A stretch of 64,000 nucleotides of DNA, taken from positions 1 to 64,000 of the IMG/VR virus record IMGVR_UViG_3300047160_015156; one strand, given 5' to 3'. A model generated the notes under the pieces. It did no database searches. It was not told the DNA's origin and saw only the letters and a list, made by a program, of their open reading frames with translations. Shown here piece after piece: positions 27,493 to 37,473 of this stretch (position 1 is its first letter; every line of letters starts with the position of its first letter). Source of the stretch: a virus. The translations under genes were made by a program, and so were the position numbers.

Positions 27493-29372
27493 AGACAGGA
27501 GCTCTGACCCGGGATGAGATTCAATCCGTCTGGGAAGGGGCCGTCGACAAGGGCTACCGGGATCCTCTCGTGGCCGCGGGCGAAGGCCAGGGCTTCGAGG
27601 CGTGGACGCAGCTCTTCTCGGTCCTCGAGCGCGCGTCGATCGCCATCGACGTCACGACTCAGGCCATGTTCATCGCTCCATGGTCGGGACAGTCGAATCC
27701 TCCCGCGTCCGGCGGACAGCCGGCGACGGTCGCTCTCACGATCCAGCGGACGCGAAACCTCGAGAAGCCGCTCCTCCTCGGCGCCGGTGTCTGGGTCGCC
27801 CTCGAGCAGACCACTGACTTCTCTCCGACCGGGAGCGAAGTGGTGCAGACGGGGCGACGATACCAGCTCGCGGAGGACCTCTTCTTCCCTCCCGGCGTCC
27901 AAGGTCCATTCACGGTCAACGCAGTCTCGGACCGGGTGGGCTACGGCTACAACAACCCCCGGATCGGGACCATCTCGGCCATCGAGCAGATCGGGTCCGG
28001 CTTCAACAATCTCCGCGCCACGATCGCGACGGTGACGAATCCGACGGCGGACCTCACGCTCACGGCGACGAAGACCACGCTCACGACCTTCAACGAGCCG
28101 GACATGTTCGTGCCTGCTCACCAGGGTCAGTACGTGCAGATCACCTCGGGCCTCGACAACGGCAAGGTTGCGCGCATGGTCGCGTTTCAGAGCCCAAACC
28201 CCCCTCTTCAGGGCTCCGGGATGCAACTCGAGCTCATGCAATGCGTGGGGCTTTCGGCGCACTCTGGGACACCGATGGTGGGGGAGGCAGTTCTCTTCTC
28301 GCATTCGGGAAACAATCTGTACGGGCGGGTCGTCGACTTCCGGCTTTCCCAGGGCGTCTATCGTCTTGCGTTCGTGGTCATCAACGGGAACTTCGCCACC
28401 TTCGCGGTCGGGGCGACGTACGCATGTGCGGTGACGGGGGCAACGGGCACGGTCAGCTCTCTCGACTTCACCACGTCCTTTACCGATGACGCACCGGTGG
28501 GCGGAGTCGGAGGTCCATCGTGGCTCGTCCTCGATTGGGCGAACGATTGGGGCTTGACGGTGTCCAACGCCGCGCAGCCTTCGGGCGGTCTTTCCGCCAT
28601 GCTCGACGAACTCGGGAGCGAGCGTGCGATCGGACGGTCTCCGGGGGAGAGTGATGACAACTACCGCGTCCGCATCCGGGAGATCGCGGAAGTGGTCACC
28701 CCGAACGCGATCAAGCGCATCGTGAATCGAGCGATCCCCGGGCTTCAGTGGTGCCTTCGGGAAGCTGGTCAGGTTGGTCTACCGGGCTTTTTCTATGACG
28801 GTGATCAGGAGGGTGTGAGCGCGACGCCACACGGTGCCCTCAACGATGCCTACGACTTCGACACGGTCTCGATCGTCGGAACGGTGAGCGGGACCTTCAA
28901 CTTCCAGGAACCGGTCGTTCTCGAAACAACTCCCGACCACATCCCTCTGATGATGGGGTGGATGGGACGGATCGATTCCGGGACGACGATGGTTTTCATC
29001 CGGCGATGGGGGAAGACTCCGACCACGCTCACGGGGCTCAGGGTGCGAGGCCTCGAGTCCGGGGCGACGTTGCTCACGCTCACCTCAGCGGATGACTCCT
29101 CTGAGCTCGACCCTCATCGCTATCACATCTACCTGGATTACAGCGAATTCCGGGGATTCTTCATCGTGTCGGTGCCGGCGCTCGCTTACGGCGAATTCGG
29201 GTTCGCCTACGATGACAGCGATCTCGGCGCCTACGACGTCTCGGGAACCTTCGACGGTTACCCCCGACTCGCTTCCGATACCTACCTCCGTGTGTGGAAC
29301 GCGGTGGATGCCGCGCACGCGGGGGGAGTCTTGTGGAAGCTGGAACTCAATGATGGCAGTACGTGCCCCTAG
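27480..29372 (+). CDS. Baseplate wedge / tail protein (gpI-like with insertions)
   Basis: MLDELGSERAIGRSPGESDDNYRVRI motif; follows baseplate J. Confidence 0.65.
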   Translation: MPDLKTGALTRDEIQSVWEGAVDKGYRDPLVAAGEGQGFEAWTQLFSVLERASIAIDVTTQAMFIAPWSGQSNPPASGGQPATVALTIQRTRNLEKPLLLGAGVWVALEQTTDFSPTGSEVVQTGRRYQLAEDLFFPPGVQGPFTVNAVSDRVGYGYNNPRIGTISAIEQIGSGFNNLRATIATVTNPTADLTLTATKTTLTTFNEPDMFVPAHQGQYVQITSGLDNGKVARMVAFQSPNPPLQGSGMQLELMQCVGLSAHSGTPMVGEAVLFSHSGNNLYGRVVDFRLSQGVYRLAFVVINGNFATFAVGATYACAVTGATGTVSSLDFTTSFTDDAPVGGVGGPSWLVLDWANDWGLTVSNAAQPSGGLSAMLDELGSERAIGRSPGESDDNYRVRIREIAEVVTPNAIKRIVNRAIPGLQWCLREAGQVGLPGFFYDGDQEGVSATPHGALNDAYDFDTVSIVGTVSGTFNFQEPVVLETTPDHIPLMMGWMGRIDSGTTMVFIRRWGKTPTTLTGLRVRGLESGATLLTLTSADDSSELDPHRYHIYLDYSEFRGFFIVSVPALAYGEFGFAYDDSDLGAYDVSGTFDGYPRLASDTYLRVWNAVDAAHAGGVLWKLELNDGSTCP

Positions 29373-29381
29373 GAGGATGAC

Positions 29382-31010
29382 ATGAGCAGCGGCCGCCACG
29401 AGATGGTGATCAACACGCAGGAACGCGCCGTTTCCAGCGATATCAACCGTCTGCAGAAGTTCTCGAACCAGGACACTGCCGAGCTCTGGCGCCTCATCCT
29501 CGCCGGCTCCTCCTTCGGTCTCTACCCCCCGGGCGGAGTCACGTACCCGACCGGCGGCGAAGCTCCTGTCCAAGGCGAGGTCATCGGCGGTCTCATGGCG
29601 CGGCCGAGTTCCGGTTCGTTCGCGGTTTCGGTCGACGCCGGGATCGTCATGTTCCTGAAACCGGACGGGGCCACGGACGATTCCGACTTCAAGTTCATCC
29701 GAGACCCCGGCATCAACACCGGGATCATCGCCTTCGCCGCGAACTCCTCAGGCTCGATTCGCATCGATGTCCTCGAAGTATCCATCAACTCTTCGCCGGC
29801 AGTGGTCACGGATTCGCGCGACATCTTCGACATCGCGACGGGACTTTTCATCGCCACGACGGTCACGAAGGAGACGAAGGCCCAGCTCTCGTACCGCATT
29901 CGCCAAGGGACCCCCGGCGGTGGCTATCCCTCGGGTGTTGGCGGGTGGATGCCGCTCATGGTCGCTTCGGTCCCGAATGGCGCTGCATCGAATGACGACA
30001 TCACGTTTTGGGACGTGCGACCCCTCTTCGAGGATCGGGTCACGGCAGGAGCTCAAGGCGTCTTCTTGAAGTGCTCGTTTGACGACTGGGATGGTCGACT
30101 CCATCGTGTGTCCTCGAGCTCGGCGATCATGAACGGGCGGTTCGCGGGCACGCTCAAGGGGAGGAAGGTCGGTGGCACCTTTGCCAAGTGCGTTCCGACG
30201 ACCGGCGGTCACTCCGACACCCACGACTCCATCGACGTGGGAGACACGGACAATCAGGACACGGGTTTGTATGCCGAACCCCTCGCGTCTTCGATGTATG
30301 TCTACGCCTGTTTCCCGTTCGGGTTTCAGAGGATGGCGATGTATGACCAGCATCCGGCTTCGCGCGTTCCGCGGTCGCCGAATGGGATGCTCATCGTCTC
30401 GAACGTTCCCCCGGATATCTTCGGCGGGAACACGAGCCTCATTCCGCTCCCGGCAATTACCGGCTTCGCGAGTCAGTCGGTGCAGCTCTCCGAGGCGGTG
30501 TGTGTGGGCGTGATCCCGAAGTCCGGCGAATGGACGCAGTTTTTCGTTTCCGGGAAGTATCTTTCCCCGGCCTTTCGATCTGGTTCAACGCTTTCAGTCG
30601 TGGGCTCGTCCGTGGGCGTCAACGTGACCTCCGAGGTCACGATCGACCACGACTTCTTCCCCCCGAATGCGAAGTACATCGATTGCAACATGACGCACTC
30701 CTATACCTACGCGGCGTCGACGCAGACGGAGTGGACTGTGTTCATGCACGTGAAGGACGACATCACCGGAGGGTCTCCGGTCGTCGACGGCAATGTCGAG
30801 TTGGAGAAACTCACGGTCGTGAATACCGACGGCGGAGCCTCTCATGCGATTCCTGCCAACTGGATGGTGAGGATCCCGAGGACTACGCTTTGGCCCAACT
30901 CGGACAACAGCCCTCGGGATGTCGGTTTCGAAAACACGGCAAACGACATCATTGGAGGTTCGTCGGGTACCGTGGGGACCACGCTTCGACTGCGAGGGAT
31001 CCAGTTTTGA
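29382..31010 (+). CDS. Tail fibre / receptor-binding-like protein
   Basis: RIDVL motif typical of fibre N-termini; last large gene of the tail module; SD AGGAGG. Confidence 0.6.
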   Translation: MSSGRHEMVINTQERAVSSDINRLQKFSNQDTAELWRLILAGSSFGLYPPGGVTYPTGGEAPVQGEVIGGLMARPSSGSFAVSVDAGIVMFLKPDGATDDSDFKFIRDPGINTGIIAFAANSSGSIRIDVLEVSINSSPAVVTDSRDIFDIATGLFIATTVTKETKAQLSYRIRQGTPGGGYPSGVGGWMPLMVASVPNGAASNDDITFWDVRPLFEDRVTAGAQGVFLKCSFDDWDGRLHRVSSSSAIMNGRFAGTLKGRKVGGTFAKCVPTTGGHSDTHDSIDVGDTDNQDTGLYAEPLASSMYVYACFPFGFQRMAMYDQHPASRVPRSPNGMLIVSNVPPDIFGGNTSLIPLPAITGFASQSVQLSEAVCVGVIPKSGEWTQFFVSGKYLSPAFRSGSTLSVVGSSVGVNVTSEVTIDHDFFPPNAKYIDCNMTHSYTYAASTQTEWTVFMHVKDDITGGSPVVDGNVELEKLTVVNTDGGASHAIPANWMVRIPRTTLWPNSDNSPRDVGFENTANDIIGGSSGTVGTTLRLRGIQF

Positions 31011-31162
31011 GGCGCCTCGCCCTCGTTCTCCTGTTCCTGGCCGCGTGCACCTGGGAAGTGGACCACGCGGCGAAGGACTTCAATCTCGACGTGACTGTCC
31101 CCTACTGCCCGATCCCCGATGGCGGGCTCGAGGGCGGGGCCAAGGACGCGGGACGGGGCTAA
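31007..31162 (+). CDS. Small lipoprotein (51 aa)
   Basis: TTG start overlaps the upstream TGA; MRRLALVLLFLAAC lipobox. Confidence 0.6.
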   Translation: MRRLALVLLFLAACTWEVDHAAKDFNLDVTVPYCPIPDGGLEGGAKDAGRG

Positions 31163-31235
31163 CCCTCACCCCTGGCTCAAAACGCGAAAGGCGAGGCGCC
31201 TGGCGCGAGGAATCGGCATCGAGGAGGGTAGGGGC

Positions 31236-31511
31236 ATGAACACCCTTCTCGCGTTCCTCTCCTCGCATCAAGAAGTCATGTACTCCGTCGCAGTCGCCGG
31301 CGCGGGCGCGCTCTTCAACTGGATCTGTCGTCCGCGGACTTCGGAGGAGTACCTCGCTCTCCCTCCCCGTGTCGCCGCGTTCTTCAAGTTCATGGCGGCG
31401 GTGTTTCCGGATCCGAAGGGATTCGCGGAGGCCGTGTACCAGGCGTGGAAGAACACCCACGAGCTCCCCCCGGCTCAGGCGTCGAAGAAAGCTCCCCCTC
31501 CCGAGATGTGA
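31236..31511 (+). CDS. Small membrane protein (holin-like candidate)
   Basis: SD GAGGAGG; hydrophobic segment VMYSVAVAGAGALFNWIC; end of the virion operon. Confidence 0.5.
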   Translation: MNTLLAFLSSHQEVMYSVAVAGAGALFNWICRPRTSEEYLALPPRVAAFFKFMAAVFPDPKGFAEAVYQAWKNTHELPPAQASKKAPPPEM

Positions 31512-31760
31512 GCGGGGTTCTCGATCTCCAATATCCCACCTCGTTTGCGGATCTTTCTTCCGATCAGATCACGGGGTGAGGGCGGAGCTCCGAACCTCTC
31601 GAACTCGTTGCGAGCGTCTTCGCTCGCAATCCATGAACCGAAGGTTCATGTACAAAACCATACTTGCAAGAAGTAAAAGATCTGATCAAAGTAGGGGGTG
31701 GTGGGGCGGGAATAGATAAATACTCGCGCACCTTTGCGCACACTTGGGGATGCGGTTTTG

Positions 31761-31778
31761 CTGAACATCGATGTTCAG
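31761..31778. repeat. Dispersed perfect palindrome, copy 3 (CTGAACATCGATGTTCAG)
   Basis: Read directly; 3 nt upstream of GCGGCATCTT. Confidence 0.95.
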
Positions 31779-31781
31779 GCC

Positions 31782-31791
31782 GCGGCATCTT
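31782..31791 (+). promoter_or_regulatory. GCGGCATC(C/T)T promoter-like motif, first of ten exact copies (31782, 33780, 38703, 42649, 48519, 52133, 53501, 59036, 61797, 63201)
   Basis: Recurs 16-19 nt before start codons, or 60-100 nt before downstream genes. Confidence 0.7.
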
Positions 31792-31797
31792 CGGAGC

Positions 31798-32400
31798 ATG
31801 TCCAACGCCCTCAACGGCCACGCACCTGTCTCCGAACCCGTCCCCTCCTCCATCGCCCCCAACTCCAAGCGCGATCGTGGTCGATACACGACGTGGTCGG
31901 TTCGCAACGGCGTCGGGACCTACGAGAGCTCGCGCCAGTTCACGAAGGTCGAGATCGGGAGCAAGTGGCTTCCCCGCGATGGCATCGTTCCGAGCTCGGG
32001 CGTCGCCGGCGGCGTCGAAGTTCTCGAGCTCGACACTAAGGCCGGAATCCGCGTGAAGAACATCTCGCCATCGGACGGCGGCCAGGTCTGCGCTCGCTGG
32101 ACGAAGCCCGCGTCCTTCCTCTGCCGCTACGCTCTCGTGGAGGAGGGACCGGTGAAAGAGGCAGAGGAGCCGAAGCAGCAACCGACCAAGCGCGATCTCA
32201 CCTCACGCGAGGTAGAGCTCCGAAACGCGCTCGAGGAGCTAGGGCGCCAGGCGTGGGCGGCGTCGGGAATGATCGGAGCCCAGCTACCTCCGAACGCGAC
32301 TCGGATGGCGGTCGAGGAGATCGCGGTGAAGGGCGTCGCGATCATGGGCGAGTACTCCCGTTTCCTCATGGAGTGGGGCGCGGCATTGTCCGGTGGATGA
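31798..32400 (+). CDS. Hypothetical protein
   Basis: First ORF of the replication arm; ATG 16 nt after the promoter motif start. Confidence 0.6.
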   Translation: MSNALNGHAPVSEPVPSSIAPNSKRDRGRYTTWSVRNGVGTYESSRQFTKVEIGSKWLPRDGIVPSSGVAGGVEVLELDTKAGIRVKNISPSDGGQVCARWTKPASFLCRYALVEEGPVKEAEEPKQQPTKRDLTSREVELRNALEELGRQAWAASGMIGAQLPPNATRMAVEEIAVKGVAIMGEYSRFLMEWGAALSGG

Positions 32401-33872
32401 TCGACATCATCGTCGACTCTCGTGTCCGTATTCTCCTCTCCCAACTTGGGGAGAGTGTAGCGAATCTCCTACGTGAGGCGTTCACCCACAAGAATCCGAA
32501 ACGTGGGTCGATGCAGCGGGCGAAGATTCGGGGGTGGTGGAACGAACCCCTCGTGATCCCAACGTGGGGGACGAAAGACGGGTACCTCACTCTTCCCCGT
32601 GGAGGCATGGCGAAGGTGCGGAAGATTCTTCAGGGGAATCTCCTTCCTTTTCGTGTCAGGGATAATCGGGTACGAGGGAATACATCTTTCATTCCCGACC
32701 GTTCCGAGTCTCTTCCGCTATGGCCTCACCAGATTCGCATCATCGATGCCTGTCTCCGTCGCGAAAACTGCATCGTCAAGAGCTCTACGGGCTCGGGAAA
32801 GACGTCTGCTCTCCTCGCCCTCGCCGCGCGCATCAAGGTCGACACCTTGGTCATCGTCCACACCACCGCTCTCATGCACCAATGGGTGGAGCGCGCTGTA
32901 TCCGAATTGGGGATGAGGAAGCAGGATGTGGGACTGATAGGTGATGGTCGCTTCAAGGTGTGTGAGCTCACGATCGGGACGCAGAAGTCCGTGGCCAATG
33001 CGGCGAAGGATGATCCCGAGTTCCTCACGCGATGGGGTGCGGTGCTCGTGGATGAAGTCCACATGTTCGCGGCGCGCACCTTTTTTGCCTGCGTGGACCC
33101 GTTCCCGGCCCGGTACCGCATCGGTGTCTCCGACGACCAGCGACGGAAGGATCGACTCGAGTGTCTGATCCATGACCTCTTTGGTGAGGTGGAGGAGTCC
33201 ATCACACATGAGGAGATGGTGGAGGCTGGACACGTCATGGACGTGGAGGTGCTCATCATTCCGACGGAGTTTGAGGCTCCCTGGTACGATGAGGCGCGTG
33301 ATGCCTCATCGAAGGAGATACCTAATTACACTCGTCTTCTTAGCGAGATGGCGGAGGATGCAGAGCGAAACAAGCTCATCTCCGGAATCCTTGGTGTGGA
33401 GCTAACTCGAGGACACCAATGTCTCGTTTTTGCTAAGGAACGTGAGCATTGTCATGTGCTCGAAGCAGAGGGAAAGAGGTATGCGGGTGGGGGAAGGCTC
33501 GTCGGCGGTGCCGGAGAAGATCGTGCCGAGTTCGAGCGGGTTCGACGCGGACTCCGCGCCGGCAAGCTGAAGTTCGCCGTGGGCACCATCCAAGCCTGCG
33601 GAACCGGCGTGGACCTCCCGGGTGTGGAGGTAGGAATCGCGGCGCTTCCGATTCTCAGCAATAGGCAGATGTTTCGCCAGAGTCGGGGGCGAATCTGCCG
33701 CAAGCCAGAAGGTAAAACGACAGCGCGTTTTTATGTCTTGTGGGATCGTCACGTCTTCGGTCTGTCGCATGTGGAGAACGCGGCATCCTGGAATGCAAGT
33801 ACCTACGTGCTCGAGGGCAAGGAGTGGGTGCCCGCACGACAGTACGTGAAAAAGGCGAGGATGGGAGGCTAG
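32397..33872 (+). CDS. Superfamily 2 (DEAD/DEAH-type) helicase
   Basis: STGSGKT Walker A, LVDEVH, GTGVDLPG and QSRGRICR motifs; ATGA overlap. Confidence 0.9.
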   Translation: MIDIIVDSRVRILLSQLGESVANLLREAFTHKNPKRGSMQRAKIRGWWNEPLVIPTWGTKDGYLTLPRGGMAKVRKILQGNLLPFRVRDNRVRGNTSFIPDRSESLPLWPHQIRIIDACLRRENCIVKSSTGSGKTSALLALAARIKVDTLVIVHTTALMHQWVERAVSELGMRKQDVGLIGDGRFKVCELTIGTQKSVANAAKDDPEFLTRWGAVLVDEVHMFAARTFFACVDPFPARYRIGVSDDQRRKDRLECLIHDLFGEVEESITHEEMVEAGHVMDVEVLIIPTEFEAPWYDEARDASSKEIPNYTRLLSEMAEDAERNKLISGILGVELTRGHQCLVFAKEREHCHVLEAEGKRYAGGGRLVGGAGEDRAEFERVRRGLRAGKLKFAVGTIQACGTGVDLPGVEVGIAALPILSNRQMFRQSRGRICRKPEGKTTARFYVLWDRHVFGLSHVENAASWNASTYVLEGKEWVPARQYVKKARMGG

Positions 33873-33874
33873 GT

Positions 33875-34468
33875 ATGGCGAGGCGTCGAGTCAGCGAAGG
33901 TGCAGCTACGGAAACGGTCGCAGCCGAGGTTCCTCCGCCCCCCAAGACTCCGGCGGCGGAACGAACCCTCGACATGTTCCAAAAGCCGCTCGGCACTGCG
34001 TCGGCGGCCGATCGCGAGGCGGAGATCAAGAAGGTCCAGGACGACGCTCTCGCGCGGGCGAAGGCGGCCAAGGAGCAGGAGATCGACGTCGAACGCGAGG
34101 CCATCCAAGCCGAAGGATCCCTCGATCCCGGCTCCTTCTTCGGTGCCGAGACCAAGCTTCCTCCACCGCCCCCCGTCGTGAACATCGTCAACCAAGGTCC
34201 CACATCCGCTCCCACGGACGCGGAGCTCGCTTCGGGGCAGGAGGGCTCGGAGGTGCACGTGACGAAGGGGGAGGAGATGTATGGAAAGACGGGAACGTTC
34301 TCGTCTTATCGTGTCGGTCCCTTCTCTCTCACGGCCAAGGTCGGTCCGGGACAGACCCGACTCGGGGTTTTCCGCCAGCTCCGTCAGGAGCTCGAGGTGA
34401 TGGCGGATGAGGCCCGGGAGGAGGCGAAGAAGAAGTTCCTCGCTCACTTCCCCACGGCGACTTCGTGA
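33875..34468 (+). CDS. Hypothetical protein
   Basis: SD GGAGG; tightly packed ORF. Confidence 0.65.
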   Translation: MARRRVSEGAATETVAAEVPPPPKTPAAERTLDMFQKPLGTASAADREAEIKKVQDDALARAKAAKEQEIDVEREAIQAEGSLDPGSFFGAETKLPPPPPVVNIVNQGPTSAPTDAELASGQEGSEVHVTKGEEMYGKTGTFSSYRVGPFSLTAKVGPGQTRLGVFRQLRQELEVMADEAREEAKKKFLAHFPTATS

Positions 34469-35022
34469 GGTCGAAGGGGTCAAGCGAGCTCCTCTCGGAC
34501 GCGGAGCTCCGCCAGCTCCGCGGCTTGCCCCCGCTTCTATCCGCGGAGGAAGGACGGAAGATGGCCGCGGACTTCTGCGCGCCGGTATCGTCCAAGCGTG
34601 CGCCGAAGAAGTCCAAGACGATGGGGGATGCGGCCTTCGAGAAGAAGCTCGAGGAGGTCGGGGACATGCTCAAGTCCGGGCGGTGGAACGAGGCGACCCC
34701 CATGCACTTCGTCGCCTTGTACGTCGACCTCTACTATCGCGTCTACGGGATCTTGCCGGAAGATCTGGGGCCGAAGGAACGGGTCATCGCCGGGAAGATG
34801 GCGAGTGGGATGCTGGACCGGACGTTCGGCGGCGACCGGCAGAAGATGAGTCAGTTCATGGCCTGGACGTGGACACGAGAGAAGGAACGCGAGCAGTATC
34901 GCCGGGAAAACAACAAGGACGGCCAGGTGATCGGGTGGGCGTTTCAGTTCGGGAACAAGTTGATCTCGAGCTACCGCATAGCGGAGGCTCGGAAGGCGTC
35001 GCATGGCCCGCCGTCGCGTTGA
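34465..35022 (+). CDS. Hypothetical protein (replication-associated by position)
   Basis: GTGA overlap; directly precedes dnaB. Confidence 0.6.
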   Translation: MRSKGSSELLSDAELRQLRGLPPLLSAEEGRKMAADFCAPVSSKRAPKKSKTMGDAAFEKKLEEVGDMLKSGRWNEATPMHFVALYVDLYYRVYGILPEDLGPKERVIAGKMASGMLDRTFGGDRQKMSQFMAWTWTREKEREQYRRENNKDGQVIGWAFQFGNKLISSYRIAEARKASHGPPSR

Positions 35023-36511
35023 GGCGGGATCGAAACCGGAGAATCCGCCGCCTGAGGCATCGAAGGTCACCCTTCCCTATGACACGGCGAACGAGTGTGC
35101 GATCATTGCCGCGTCGTTCCTGAACGAGGAGGCCCGCGCTTACACCATTGTCCGTCTAGTTCCCGATCACTTCCAACAGAGGGAGCATCGCGAGCTCTGG
35201 ACTGCGTTCCAAGAGATCGAGCGCAGGAAGCTTGCCTTCGATCTCCCCCTGGTCGAGAACCTGACCAACCAACAGATCCGGGAGTACCTCGCCGAGCTCT
35301 GCGAGATTCGACCGGAGGCGCCGAAGAACCTCGAGTTCCACGTCCAGTGCATCCTATGGGATCACGCGCGGGTGTCCTCGGCGCGGGGACCGATTCCGGC
35401 GTTCATCGAGGCCCTGAGGGACCCGAAGTCCGAACCCGAGCGAGTTCGAGCTCTCGCGCGCGCGATCGCCACGTCCTTCGACGGCTACGAGGACCGAAAG
35501 TACCTACACGATCCGGAGGTCCTGGTTCGGGACCAGATGAAGGAGATCGAAGCGCGCGTAAACGGTCGCGCGACCTTCCCCTACGGCATCGACGGGCTCG
35601 ACTTCCTCGACCGCGCGGGACCGCGGGAGGAGTGGCGCCGTCGGATGCTCCCGGGTGCGGCTCCCTCTCAGATCACGGTGGTCACGGGCGTCAGCGGCGG
35701 CGGGAAGACCACGTTCACCGCTCACATTGTCCTCGGCATCGCGTTCCCGGGATGGCGGAAGAACGACTTCGAAAGCCTCGGGCGAAGCCTGCTTTACGGC
35801 TCGTGGGAGATGAGCGGAGGGATGACCCTCGAGCTCCTGTCCTGCATCTCTCTCGGGTGGTCCAGGTCCGAGCTCATGGAGGGCAGGGGACCGATCGCGA
35901 CGCCGATGGGCCGGCAACAGCTCCACGCGCGCATGGGCGTCCTCAACAAGCGGATCCGGTTCATGGGGAATCCCTTCCGCCGTCGGTCGGGGGAGAAAGC
36001 TTCGAACGAGAAAAACCTCGACATCGTGCAGGGGTACATCGCGGATTCCGGATGTGAGGTTTTCGTGGGTGACCTCTGGAAACGGTGCCTTCGACACACC
36101 GACCCGGACGAGGAGGAGGACGCGCTCATCCGGCAACAAGCCATGGCGGAGGAGCTCAAGATCCATGCCATTCTCCTCCAACAACAGCGGCTCAAGGATG
36201 TGGAGATGCGCGCGGACAAACGGCCGACGCGCGAGGGCATCAAGGGCTCAGGAGCTTGGGTCGAGGTTGCCGACACCATCTTAGGCGTTCATAACCCCTC
36301 GCTTTTCAAGCGAGTTCCTCCGGATACCCTCGAGGTTTTCGTTCTGAAACAGCGCTATGGTCGGTGGCCTACGGGCGTCGAGTTCCGGTGGGATGCGGAT
36401 TCGGGGATGGTCACGGGAGGAGTGCCCATCGAGTACGATCGACCCGGAGAGCAGAACGAGATCGATGGTGGGACCTCGCTCGCGGCATTCCGGAGCAAGC
36501 GAGGGAAGTGA
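35003..36511 (+). CDS. dnaB: Replicative DnaB-like helicase
   Basis: N-terminal ANECAII..L.PDHF...HRELW; GVSGGGKTTF, SWEM, DKRPT...IKGSGAW.EVAD, KQRYG. Confidence 0.85.
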   Translation: MARRRVEAGSKPENPPPEASKVTLPYDTANECAIIAASFLNEEARAYTIVRLVPDHFQQREHRELWTAFQEIERRKLAFDLPLVENLTNQQIREYLAELCEIRPEAPKNLEFHVQCILWDHARVSSARGPIPAFIEALRDPKSEPERVRALARAIATSFDGYEDRKYLHDPEVLVRDQMKEIEARVNGRATFPYGIDGLDFLDRAGPREEWRRRMLPGAAPSQITVVTGVSGGGKTTFTAHIVLGIAFPGWRKNDFESLGRSLLYGSWEMSGGMTLELLSCISLGWSRSELMEGRGPIATPMGRQQLHARMGVLNKRIRFMGNPFRRRSGEKASNEKNLDIVQGYIADSGCEVFVGDLWKRCLRHTDPDEEEDALIRQQAMAEELKIHAILLQQQRLKDVEMRADKRPTREGIKGSGAWVEVADTILGVHNPSLFKRVPPDTLEVFVLKQRYGRWPTGVEFRWDADSGMVTGGVPIEYDRPGEQNEIDGGTSLAAFRSKRGK

Positions 36512-37473
36512 GCATCGACCGCGTCGACATCGAGAAGGTTCTCAAGCGCCTTGGGATCGAGGCGAAAGCCCACGGGCGGGAATGGGTGGCCCTCTGTCCA
36601 AACCGAGAGCACAAGGACCGCACGCCGTCGTGGCGAATCCGCGATGAGGTAGGTTCGAGTCGTCACGGGTACCACCACTGTTGGCCATGCGGATTCGGAG
36701 GCTCTGTCGTCTCCCTCATCCAACACGTTCTCCAACTTGAGGACTACGGGGACGCTCGCTCCTGGCTCGAACGCGAAGCCCCGGTGGATCAAAAGCCGAT
36801 CGAGAGAGTAGAGGTGCAGATTCGACCTCCCTCCCTTCGATTCCGACTCCCTTCCGGTGTCGTCGAAGCCCCCATCGAGGAGTGGCCCGGACCCCCGCGG
36901 GAGTACTTCCTCGACACCAGGAAGCTCGAGGCGTGGCAGGTAGATCGTTGGGGGGTGGGATATGCGATCGAGGGACGGCTCAAGGGACGGCTCGTCCTCG
37001 TCTCGCGTGACGCCCGCGGCCGACCCCTCAGGTACACCGCGCGCTCGTTCACGGGAGCTTTGAAGCGGTACCTCGAACCCGAACCCGAGGAGGGGGCGAA
37101 GATGAACGCGATGTTCGGGGAGCAGCATTGGCCGGCGCTCGAGGAGCGTCACACCCTCTTCCTGGTCGAGGGAGCGATCAACGGGCTCGCCCTCGAAGCC
37201 GAGCTCCCGGGCATCTACTTCGCCGCGACGGCCGGGAGTGAGATGCGGGGTCTCTACGGTGCCAAGTTGGCGACGTGGAAACGGGTATTCACGATGTCGG
37301 ACCCTGACAAGGCGGGTGACCGCCTTGGGGAGGAGATCGGGCTCGGGTGCGCGCGGCACACGACCATCCAACGTCTTCGACTCGAGGAAGGCTTCGACCC
37401 TGCCAAGATGAGGGAAAAGCGACCGGGCGAGCTCGGAGCTATCATCCGTTCGTGGCTACGAAAGTCCACGTAG
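36508..37473 (+). CDS. dnaG: DNA primase (CHC2 zinc finger + TOPRIM)
   Basis: ALCP..EH.DRTPS...HCWPCGFGG; LVEGAING; SDPDKAG. Confidence 0.85.
   Translation: MSIDRVDIEKVLKRLGIEAKAHGREWVALCPNREHKDRTPSWRIRDEVGSSRHGYHHCWPCGFGGSVVSLIQHVLQLEDYGDARSWLEREAPVDQKPIERVEVQIRPPSLRFRLPSGVVEAPIEEWPGPPREYFLDTRKLEAWQVDRWGVGYAIEGRLKGRLVLVSRDARGRPLRYTARSFTGALKRYLEPEPEEGAKMNAMFGEQHWPALEERHTLFLVEGAINGLALEAELPGIYFAATAGSEMRGLYGAKLATWKRVFTMSDPDKAGDRLGEEIGLGCARHTTIQRLRLEEGFDPAKMREKRPGELGAIIRSWLRKST

Larger units (their letters stand above)
31512..31797. promoter_or_regulatory. Non-coding control region between virion and replication arms, dense in inverted repeats
   Basis: Longest intergenic gap, locally A/T-richer, several inverted repeats, palindrome copy 3 and a promoter motif. 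Confidence 0.65.

Noticed and set aside
14193-31010. Tail module as an eCIS, tailocin or T6SS
   Set aside because: It is linked to portal, scaffold, capsid and a full replication module, so it is a phage tail.
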